Positions 38,925-47,107 of a DNA stretch of 64,000 bases are shown here, one piece after another. Under the pieces are notes generated by a model. The model did not search any database and was not told the origin of the DNA. It worked only from the letters and a program-made list of their open reading frames with translations. The DNA comes from Trueperaceae bacterium (GTDB lineage: Bacteria > Deinococcota > Deinococci > Deinococcales > Trueperaceae), in contig CBDCDZ010000004.1 of NCBI GenBank assembly GCA_965215565.1, positions 768,001 to 832,000 of the forward strand, written 5' to 3'. Made by a program: the position numbers and the translations under genes. Numbering within the stretch: the stretch's first letter is position 1; each line of letters begins with the position of its first letter.

Positions 38925-41900
38925 ATGGATAAGCCCGCATCTGCACGCCCCTTAAACTTCGACGACCACGCCGTCGCCATCGCCAAACGGCAGTACTTCC
39001 AACCGGGGGACGAGGGCTTAGAGGGTCTCTTCGGGCGTGTCGCGTCGTGGGTGGCGAGCCCAGAAGGTACGAAGTTTTCTGAAGGAAAGGGTGAGAATCA
39101 AGCGCACTACGAGGGTGCATTTTACGACCTCATGGCGTCGAAGCGCTTCTGCCCCGGCGGGCGCGTCTTAGCGGGCGCGAACACGAGCCACGGCAACGTG
39201 CTCAACTGTTTCGTGCAAGACGGCAGCCCCGAAGCGCCCGGCACGGACGCCTGGGTGCTCGGTCTCGCGACGAAATTGGCGCTCGTCACCAAAGTCGGCG
39301 GCGGCAACGGGCTCTGCTTGGACCCCTTGAAGCCTAAGCGTCCTTACACCCAAGCGGTGGGCAACCTCTTCGTTACGGTGTCGTCTTCGCACCCTGACTA
39401 CGCCAAGGTCAAGTCGGGAACGTACATGGACCTCGTGCACGGCAAATATGTAACGAAGGGGTACCGGTACGCGGAGTTTCTCGAGCTAGACGACGTGGAC
39501 GCTGGGATGAATGTGCGAGAGGTGGGCGACTCCGTCGAGAGCATCTGGCAGGGCGCAGGTGAGATGATTCAGACGCTCCTCCGCGGCGAAGATGTGGTTT
39601 TGGACCTCTCCCGTTTGCGCTCGGAAGGGACGCCCGTCAAGGGCTCGGGCGGCACGAGCAGTGGACCTTCATCCTTTGCCGTCGAGGTTTTCGACAACTT
39701 CGCGTACTGGGCGTCGTTGGGCGGGGCGGAGTACGCGGGGCCGATTGCGACGCTGCGCTATATCTTCGCACCGACTTTGCGCGTCATTCGGCAAGGCGGC
39801 TGCTTGCACCCCGACACGCTCGTGCATACAAGTCGGGGCACGCTTCGCCTGAGCGAACTCGTGGATTCTTACCAGTATGGTTGGCAAGACCACGCCCTCA
39901 AAGTCGCCACCGATGAGGGTTGGAAAGACAGCCCGAGAGGGTTCAATAACGGCAACGCGGAGACGCTCAAAGTCACGCTCGGCAACGGTCAAGAGATTCA
40001 GGGTACGTCCAACCACAAGCTCAAGGTGATGTGCGAAAATGGCGAGCGGCAGTGGGTGAAGCTGGAAGATTTACGCGAGGGTGACTTCGTGATTCAGGTG
40101 CTCGACCAGCATACGGGGACGAGCGTCACGCTGTCGTCCGTGGAGGCGTCTACGCTCCATCACAACGCCAAACGCATCACCACGCCTGAAACGCTGAACG
40201 AGCGCTTGGCGTTTTTCCTCGGCTATCTCTGGGGTGACGGGTTCGTAAGCGGGAACCGCGTGGGCTTCGCTGTCTCCCACAACTCACCGATGATAGAGGA
40301 GACGCCCAAGCTCTTTGCCGAGCTGTTCGGACTAGAGGTCAGGCTCGAGCAAAAAGAGAATGACAAGAGTGCCATTTTTGTTGCGAGTAGCGCGGCGCTC
40401 GTCCAGTGGTTAGAGAGAAATGGCTTGGTGAAAGGGAGAGCGAAAGACCTGGTCCTGCCCCGCGCGATTCGCCAAGCGCCGAGACCTGTTCTAGGCGCGT
40501 TTCTGCGGGGGCTCTTCGAGGCAGATGGAACCGTAACAGTCGGTTATCCAACGCTCGCGAGCGCTTCTAAACAGCTTGTGCAAGAGGTGGCGGTGATGCT
40601 GGGTGGCCTGGGAATTCCTACCACGCTAAGAGGTGTCGCCGCTCGCACTGACCGCTACTCTAAGGGTCCTTACTACCACGTCAAAGTCGTGAGCGCGAAA
40701 GGACACAAGCGCTTTTTAGGGCGTATCGGTATGATGGCAGGCTCGCGCTTTGAAGCGCTCAAAGCTTTCCAGCCAAATACCGCTAGGGAATCATCCTGGG
40801 CGCTGCCCCATGCGAGTGCGCTGTTGCAAGGGGCGTTTGACGCTCTGCCCGCAGGCGTAAAAGGGCGTCCTTCACCCTATACGCAGGCGCGTAAAACGCT
40901 GTCACGTTATATACGCGGCGAGCGCCAACTCACCGCTACGGGATTTGAGCGGCTGGAGCAAGATACGCTCATTGCGGACAAACTTCCCGAGTTTGCCTTT
41001 GACGAGTTTTACACGCCGGTCAAATCCATCCAAATAGGTGGGCGCATCCTTACACTCGACCTTTCGGTAGACGAAAACAGGACGTACTTAGCCAATGGAA
41101 TGGTCAGCCACAACACGCGGCGTGGCGCTGGGATGGCGACGATGTCCGCCACGCATCCCGACATCCAGGACTTTGTCACCTGTAAGGATTTAGCTCGAGA
41201 AGAGGCTGAGGGCGACATCTCGACTTTTAATATCTCGGTTTTAGTCACCGATGACTTCATGAGGCGCTCGAAAGGTAGAAGTGGCGGCACTTTACACGAT
41301 GTCGCCGAGCACGCTTGGCAAACAGGTGAGCCGGGGCTTATCTTCATCGACCGCATCAACGAATTTAATCCGGTGCGGGAGAGCTTGGGGGATATTAAGG
41401 CGACCAATCCGTGCGGCGAAATCCCCCTCTTCCCCGGCGAACCCTGCGACTTGGGCGCGATCAACTTGGCTCAATACGTCGAGACACCCAGCCAGGGCAC
41501 GAACGGCTTTAACTGGACGGACTTCCGTCAAGACGTCAAAACTTGCATCCGCTTTTTGGATAACGTCTTGGAGGTCAATAAGTTCGCCCTGGAGGACAAC
41601 CGTACCATGAGCATGAAGCTGCGCCGCTTGGGACTGGGCGTGATGGGCTTGGCGGACGCGCTCATCAAGATGGGGCTCACCTACAACTCGCAGGCAGGGC
41701 GTGACGCGGTAAAAGAGGTCATCACCGAGCTGCGTGAGAACGCTACGGCTGCCAGCCAAGAACTCGCCGAAGAGCGCGGCGTTTTCCCGGGCCTCGCTTC
41801 AAGCAGCGTGGCGGAGCCGCGCCGCAACATTGCCCTGTTGACGGTTGCGCCAACCGGCACGACAAGTATGCTCATGGGCGTCTCCTCGGGCGTCGAGCCG

Positions 41901-42890
41901 ATTTTCGCGCCCTTCATCTACCGCAAAATCGGCGACTCGTACGCCGCTCTGATCTCTCCTCTCTTCAAGGAGATGCTAGAAGCGCACGAGCCGCATCCCG
42001 ATTACCGACAAGGCGACGCCTGGGATTGGGATAAAGTCGTGTCGAAGGTGCAAGAGCAGCACGGCAGCGTGCAAGGTCTGGACTTCATCCCGCAAGAGGT
42101 CAGAGACGTGCTAGTCTGCGCTCACGACATCTCACCCGAAGACCACGTCAAGATGCAGGGCACCGTGCAGAGCGCCTTTGATGCGGGCGGCGAGATGGTG
42201 GCGAACAGCATCTCGAAGACGATCAACATGCCCAACGAGGCGACCGTGAAAGAGGTCTATAACGCCTACAGCTTAGCCTTCGAGACGGGCTGTAAAGGGA
42301 TCACGGTCTATAGAGATGGCAGCAGGCAGTTCCAAGTCCTGAGTACGAAAAAAGAGGAGAAGAAAGCCAAGACTGCTTCAGCGAAACCTAAAGCTGCACC
42401 TGCAAATGCGCCTGTTACCAAGGACTCCCGCTTACCCGGCGAGCCCCTCTTCGACCGCCCCTGCCGTTTAGTCGGCTTTACCGACAACGTCAAGCTTACG
42501 ATGTCCTCGGGCGAGCGCCGGAGCTTTTACATCACCATCAACAAACAAGATGACCTGCCGACTGAGGTTTTCATTCAGTCGGGCAAAGGTGGCGAAGAGA
42601 TCATGGCGGACTCCGAGGCGCTCGGTCGACTCGCCTCGATTGCGCTTCAGTACGGCGTACCCGCCGAGGCGATCGTGAAGACGCTGCGCGGTATCAACGG
42701 CGGTATGTACGGCACCTATCAGGGGCGCATGGTGGCGTCGAAAGCGGACCTCATCGCGGTGGCGTTAGAGAGCGCTGGTGTCGCAAATGAGCTAAACAAA
42801 GGGCTCGCTTGCCCCGACTGCGGCGCTCCCCTGCGCTTCGAGGAGGGGTGCCAGAAGTGCGAAAGCTGCGGTTACAGCAAATGCTCATGA
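38925..42890 (+). CDS. nrdJ: Class II (AdoCbl-dependent) ribonucleotide reductase with intein, C-terminal TSCPD and Zn-ribbon domains
   Basis: PGGRVLAGA, LNCFV, RRGAGM, GEPG, TNPCGE, CDLGAINL, APTGT, SISKTINM, KGITVYRDGSR, CPDC...CESCGYSKC. Confidence 0.95.
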   Translation: MDKPASARPLNFDDHAVAIAKRQYFQPGDEGLEGLFGRVASWVASPEGTKFSEGKGENQAHYEGAFYDLMASKRFCPGGRVLAGANTSHGNVLNCFVQDGSPEAPGTDAWVLGLATKLALVTKVGGGNGLCLDPLKPKRPYTQAVGNLFVTVSSSHPDYAKVKSGTYMDLVHGKYVTKGYRYAEFLELDDVDAGMNVREVGDSVESIWQGAGEMIQTLLRGEDVVLDLSRLRSEGTPVKGSGGTSSGPSSFAVEVFDNFAYWASLGGAEYAGPIATLRYIFAPTLRVIRQGGCLHPDTLVHTSRGTLRLSELVDSYQYGWQDHALKVATDEGWKDSPRGFNNGNAETLKVTLGNGQEIQGTSNHKLKVMCENGERQWVKLEDLREGDFVIQVLDQHTGTSVTLSSVEASTLHHNAKRITTPETLNERLAFFLGYLWGDGFVSGNRVGFAVSHNSPMIEETPKLFAELFGLEVRLEQKENDKSAIFVASSAALVQWLERNGLVKGRAKDLVLPRAIRQAPRPVLGAFLRGLFEADGTVTVGYPTLASASKQLVQEVAVMLGGLGIPTTLRGVAARTDRYSKGPYYHVKVVSAKGHKRFLGRIGMMAGSRFEALKAFQPNTARESSWALPHASALLQGAFDALPAGVKGRPSPYTQARKTLSRYIRGERQLTATGFERLEQDTLIADKLPEFAFDEFYTPVKSIQIGGRILTLDLSVDENRTYLANGMVSHNTRRGAGMATMSATHPDIQDFVTCKDLAREEAEGDISTFNISVLVTDDFMRRSKGRSGGTLHDVAEHAWQTGEPGLIFIDRINEFNPVRESLGDIKATNPCGEIPLFPGEPCDLGAINLAQYVETPSQGTNGFNWTDFRQDVKTCIRFLDNVLEVNKFALEDNRTMSMKLRRLGLGVMGLADALIKMGLTYNSQAGRDAVKEVITELRENATAASQELAEERGVFPGLASSSVAEPRRNIALLTVAPTGTTSMLMGVSSGVEPIFAPFIYRKIGDSYAALISPLFKEMLEAHEPHPDYRQGDAWDWDKVVSKVQEQHGSVQGLDFIPQEVRDVLVCAHDISPEDHVKMQGTVQSAFDAGGEMVANSISKTINMPNEATVKEVYNAYSLAFETGCKGITVYRDGSRQFQVLSTKKEEKKAKTASAKPKAAPANAPVTKDSRLPGEPLFDRPCRLVGFTDNVKLTMSSGERRSFYITINKQDDLPTEVFIQSGKGGEEIMADSEALGRLASIALQYGVPAEAIVKTLRGINGGMYGTYQGRMVASKADLIAVALESAGVANELNKGLACPDCGAPLRFEEGCQKCESCGYSKCS
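39801..41114 (+). mobile_element. Intein (438 aa) with LAGLIDADG homing endonuclease
   Basis: RQGG|CLHPDT...GTSNHK...FLGYLWGDG...FLRGLFEADG...TLDLSV...YLANGMVSHN|TRRGA. The +1 residue is Thr. Confidence 0.95.
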
Positions 42891-42898
42891 ACTTCGGA

Positions 42899-42964
42899 TG
42901 TAGCGAGGGAATAAAGTCCGATACACGGGAATAAAGTCCGATACAAAGTAAAAAAGTCCAATAC
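42899..42964 (+). repeat. Tn7-like end with three TnsB-binding sites
   Basis: 8-bp TGTAGCGA, perfect GGGAATAAAGTCCGATACA at 42907 and 42927, degenerate AGTAAAAAAGTCCAATAC at 42947 (20-bp period). Confidence 0.9.
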
Positions 42965-43168
42965 GGACTTGAGAGAATGATGAGCGCTTTTCAGTTGGCG
43001 AACCAAGTTGTGCATAGTTCATCGTTAGAGTTAAAAGCAGTCTACCTTCTTCTCAACTGAAGGGGTAGACTGCTCGCTAGTAATCTGTAGGTCTGCCGAA
43101 AGGTATAGCCGTTCAAGGAGCTCAAGGAGATTGTTCGGAAACCTACCACTTAGGGGCAAGCGCCATTT

Positions 43169-46100
43169 ATGAATGTGGACGAAACCAGAATAGTTAATCT
43201 GAAACCAGCCATTGATCAAATTAGGCAACGGCTCCATAGCGGGCAGGCGGCAGCTATGGTCGGAGCTGGCTTCAGCCTCAACGCCACAAAGAAATCAAAG
43301 GATGCCCCGAAGTTTCCGCTATGGAGCGACTTAACGGATCAAATTTTCCATCAGGTATATCCAGATTTTCCTAAAGACAACGACCATTTGAGCCACGAAC
43401 AGATCGCGTCCAAAGCGCGAAAGACATCTGATTTCTTGAGGCTCGCCCAAGACTTTGAGAATAACGATAGAAGTAAGTTAGATGCATTTCTCGAAAAAGC
43501 TATACCTGACAGAGACTACAACCCGGGAGAGCTACATAAGCAACTCCTGAACTTGCCCTGGGCTGACATCTTCACGACAAACCAGGATACGTTGCTCGAG
43601 AGAACCACTGGCTTCATTCAGCGGTATTACAGCGAAGTTTTGTCAGAAAAAGCCTTATCTTCTGCCGCACCCCCGCGAATTGTCAAGTTGCACGGAACTC
43701 TAGGGCACAACAATTATATCTTCACGGAACGCGACTTCGACAACTATCCTACCCACCATGAAGCGTTCGTCAGCTACGTCCAGACTTCACGGGCGATCAA
43801 TACGTTTTGCCTTTTTGGTTTTTCTGGTGATGACCCTAACTTCAAGAAGTGGAACAATTGGGTCTTGAATGTTATGGCAAATCACGCACCTCAGGTGTAC
43901 CTCATCGGCCTTCTTAACCTAAGTAAACAGGATAAAAATTACTGGCGAGACAGGAAAGTCGTTCCAATAGACCTCTCAGTCCTTTTCCAGCCAGGACAAA
44001 AGCCAGACCATGCGCTTGCCCTCGAATGGTTTCTAAACGAACTCCGAGACGAAAAGGGAGGGTCAGTCGTTGAAAAAGACGGCACGGAAGAAAGCGAAGA
44101 TGATGCGCCACTTCTCTCTTGGCCTAATGTACCGGGAGCGGCCAACACTAGACTTTACATGCCTGAGCCTTACGGAAAGGACCTGACGCATGATCAGCTA
44201 AAGGAGATTGCATTGCACTGGCGTAAGCAGCGGTTGTCCTATCCCGGCTGGCTCATTACTCCGCGTGCAAATAGAGAAAATTTGTGGTCTCTAACAGAGA
44301 TGTGGGTTGATCCAGTCTTCCAAGCTGCGCAAGATATGGATGTATCCGAAGCTATCTTAGTGCTTCATGAACTGTGCTGGCGTATTCGTCAATCGCTATT
44401 CCCTTTTCTTATCGATCATGCCAAAATCATTGCTGACAGGCTCGAAACTCTTAATCCGTTTCCTGATAACCCTGAATTAAGCGGCTCTGAAGTTGTACGC
44501 GGCAACGAAGCATTTGCTGAGCTGGACTGGAAGGTGTTGGAAGAGGCTTGGCTCGAGCTTGCTTTCGTGGTGGCGCAAGAGGCTAGAGAGGACCTAGACG
44601 AGCAGAGATTCACTGTATGGATGACAAGATTGGAGAGCGTCATCCCTAAAAATGGCGACTGGTATCACCGTTGGCACCACGAACAATGCTTAATGGCGCT
44701 CTATAAGTTAAACCAGAACAGCCTCGAGCAGCATCTAGGTGAATGGATCGTTCCCGAAGCAGATTTCGTTTGGTCACTCAGGAAGTCTGCCCTCTATGCT
44801 GAGCTAGGGCAAATCAAAACGGCAACGAAGTCTTTGGAGAAGAGCCTAACGACAATTGAAGAGGCCAATGAGAAGGAAGAAGACATACACATAGGACTTC
44901 TTTCTGCGGAAAGTTGGACACTATTCGCCCTCAACGGTATAAAACGGGCTGAAAGAATTTTTCCTAATGACACAGAGTGGCAATATAAATATTCCGCTCG
45001 CCGAGAAGCACTCAAAGCGTACAGATGCGACCCCGGTGACGAGATAGATTTCCTAAGCCAAAAGGTAAGCGGCCTGCTCCCTCAGGAGAAACCAGAAGAG
45101 ACCATCAAGCATGAATTTGACCCTGGAAGGGTGACAACGACAAAGCACTTCGGACATCCATCGTCTATCGTAGATAGGCGTCACGCCTTTGCGCTGCTAA
45201 CCCTACCTGAGCACGCTGGTATTCCTGTGCGCAGCGGCAGCGTGCGGTTTTTGAAGAATGCAGAGCAAGCGGCACAGTGGATTTGGCCTTCTGCCCCTTT
45301 GTGGGCGTTAAGTGCATATATCCGTAATGGTTACGACCACAATAAGCGGGTTGATCAGTGGCTTACACGGGTTGAGGTTGCGGGTATAGCGCAAGGTGTC
45401 GCTGATGCCAGCTTCCGCATGTTCGTCCCTGCACTAAAGCAAGTGATAAGATTATTGCCTACCGAACCGCCGAGACGGAGCAGCTTTTCAGAAGAGATAG
45501 TTGTCGCCCTTGGGGAAGTGCTTTCTCGCTTAACGGTCCTCTTCTCTCCGCAGCAACTTGAAGAGCTTTTGGATGTCACTTTAGCGATGTACGAGAGCCC
45601 GGCGTTCCAAAAGGATTTTCGCCTTTACAGTGTAGTTGAGAAGTTTTTAAGGCGTGTCTTGCTAGCCCTCCCGAATACCGAACTTACCCAGCGCCTACCG
45701 GAAATTCTAAGCCTCACCTTTCCTGGAGATAAACACTCCCTAGTTGACGACATGGCGTCAGGAAACTGGCCCGAGCCCGTCAATTACATCCAATGGGATT
45801 TGCTAAATGAAGAGCTCATTGATAAGAAGGGTTCCGAGTGGGTTAGCGTGATAAGCAAGCTCACGACTGACGTTGAACATGGGTCTTCTCAAGTTAGGTC
45901 TCGAGTGGCGAGCAGGTTAGAGAAGCTTTCAAGTGCAAACCTATTGACCTCCGACCAGAAACAAGCCTTTGGCAAAGCGCTCTGGTCAAGGACATACGAG
46001 ACCCTAGACCTTCCTTCAGAAACGGAGTTCACCCCTTACGGTTTTATGGTCCTGCCAGCTCCCGAGCCCAGACGCGCAGTTGAAAGCCTGCGCTCCTACA

Positions 46101-47101
46101 TAAAGGACAACGATTTCCCTCGACTCTTCTCCTATGAGGAACCTAAAGCATCTCCCGTTAGTCATTTGACAAGGGAGGGCAAACCCGACCTCTACTACAG
46201 CCGTAACCGTAAAACAGAGAATCTCATCAATGCTTGGAAATATGCTTCAAAACGTCCCATAGATACTCTCGTGAGAAAAGATGCTTACCTTATCGAATGG
46301 TCGCCTGAGGAAGCCAGCGAACTCTTCGATAAGATTCTCACCTGGTGGCGGTGCGAAAAAGATGACGTTTTAGAAGCGAAGGTAAAAATCGCTTTTAAAG
46401 ACGAAATTCAGAATAGGATTCATGAGGTTCTTTATATCGTCGGGCATACGATTCTTCCACATTTCAAGGCGAGTGAAGAGAGCGAGAAAAGCAAGGTTTT
46501 CGACTTTTTAGAGGACCTGGAGAATTCTGATTTCGTTGTTCTCTCACCTCTGCCGATGACACTCTATCTAAACAGTTCGAAAGAGCGGCAAAGGCAATTA
46601 ACAGACAAACTCCGTAGGGGTATTCATAGCCAAGCTAAAGAAGAAGTCAGTGAAGCTCTGCAAAGTACGATGGATTGGTTAGCCTACGCCGCACTTGGTG
46701 AGCTTCCCGAAGCACCCCAGACTGTCCTCGAAGACGTCGCTCTAAAATTGGTTGCTCGGCGTGGACCTAAGCTTCGGTCTACAATTCAGATACTGACTTG
46801 GATTATCAGATTTGTCCCGCAAGTTCTAGGTGAGGTTTCGCTGAGATACATTCTCATTGCCCTTCAGTTTTTGCTCGAGGAGACGACAACCGCGCACGAG
46901 ATAAAATCAGCTCACACCCCTATTTCGGCTGAAGAGATACCTCACCTCCGAGTAGAGGCGGCTAAATTAGCGAGTGAGCTTTACCGCTATTACGGCGAGT
47001 GTGGAAGAGAAATGCCTGAGATACTGCAAGAGTGGCAGCAGATATCTTTTGAGGACCCACTTCCAGAAGTAAGAAAAGCTTTTTCTACGACTCAGAACTA
47101 G
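43169..47101 (+). CDS. Large SIR2-domain protein (DSR-like candidate anti-phage NADase)
   Basis: MVGAGFS, IFTTNQD, IVKLHG, FGFSGDDPNF in the first ~290 aa, then ~1000 aa of helical sequence with no Walker A seen. Confidence 0.8.
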   Translation: MNVDETRIVNLKPAIDQIRQRLHSGQAAAMVGAGFSLNATKKSKDAPKFPLWSDLTDQIFHQVYPDFPKDNDHLSHEQIASKARKTSDFLRLAQDFENNDRSKLDAFLEKAIPDRDYNPGELHKQLLNLPWADIFTTNQDTLLERTTGFIQRYYSEVLSEKALSSAAPPRIVKLHGTLGHNNYIFTERDFDNYPTHHEAFVSYVQTSRAINTFCLFGFSGDDPNFKKWNNWVLNVMANHAPQVYLIGLLNLSKQDKNYWRDRKVVPIDLSVLFQPGQKPDHALALEWFLNELRDEKGGSVVEKDGTEESEDDAPLLSWPNVPGAANTRLYMPEPYGKDLTHDQLKEIALHWRKQRLSYPGWLITPRANRENLWSLTEMWVDPVFQAAQDMDVSEAILVLHELCWRIRQSLFPFLIDHAKIIADRLETLNPFPDNPELSGSEVVRGNEAFAELDWKVLEEAWLELAFVVAQEAREDLDEQRFTVWMTRLESVIPKNGDWYHRWHHEQCLMALYKLNQNSLEQHLGEWIVPEADFVWSLRKSALYAELGQIKTATKSLEKSLTTIEEANEKEEDIHIGLLSAESWTLFALNGIKRAERIFPNDTEWQYKYSARREALKAYRCDPGDEIDFLSQKVSGLLPQEKPEETIKHEFDPGRVTTTKHFGHPSSIVDRRHAFALLTLPEHAGIPVRSGSVRFLKNAEQAAQWIWPSAPLWALSAYIRNGYDHNKRVDQWLTRVEVAGIAQGVADASFRMFVPALKQVIRLLPTEPPRRSSFSEEIVVALGEVLSRLTVLFSPQQLEELLDVTLAMYESPAFQKDFRLYSVVEKFLRRVLLALPNTELTQRLPEILSLTFPGDKHSLVDDMASGNWPEPVNYIQWDLLNEELIDKKGSEWVSVISKLTTDVEHGSSQVRSRVASRLEKLSSANLLTSDQKQAFGKALWSRTYETLDLPSETEFTPYGFMVLPAPEPRRAVESLRSYIKDNDFPRLFSYEEPKASPVSHLTREGKPDLYYSRNRKTENLINAWKYASKRPIDTLVRKDAYLIEWSPEEASELFDKILTWWRCEKDDVLEAKVKIAFKDEIQNRIHEVLYIVGHTILPHFKASEESEKSKVFDFLEDLENSDFVVLSPLPMTLYLNSSKERQRQLTDKLRRGIHSQAKEEVSEALQSTMDWLAYAALGELPEAPQTVLEDVALKLVARRGPKLRSTIQILTWIIRFVPQVLGEVSLRYILIALQFLLEETTTAHEIKSAHTPISAEEIPHLRVEAAKLASELYRYYGECGREMPEILQEWQQISFEDPLPEVRKAFSTTQN

Positions 47102-47107
47102 CGAGGG

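Noticed and set aside
42907..42964. CRISPR array or replication iterons
   Set aside because: The repeats abut with 1-bp spacing, follow a TGT terminus and fit TnsB-site architecture.
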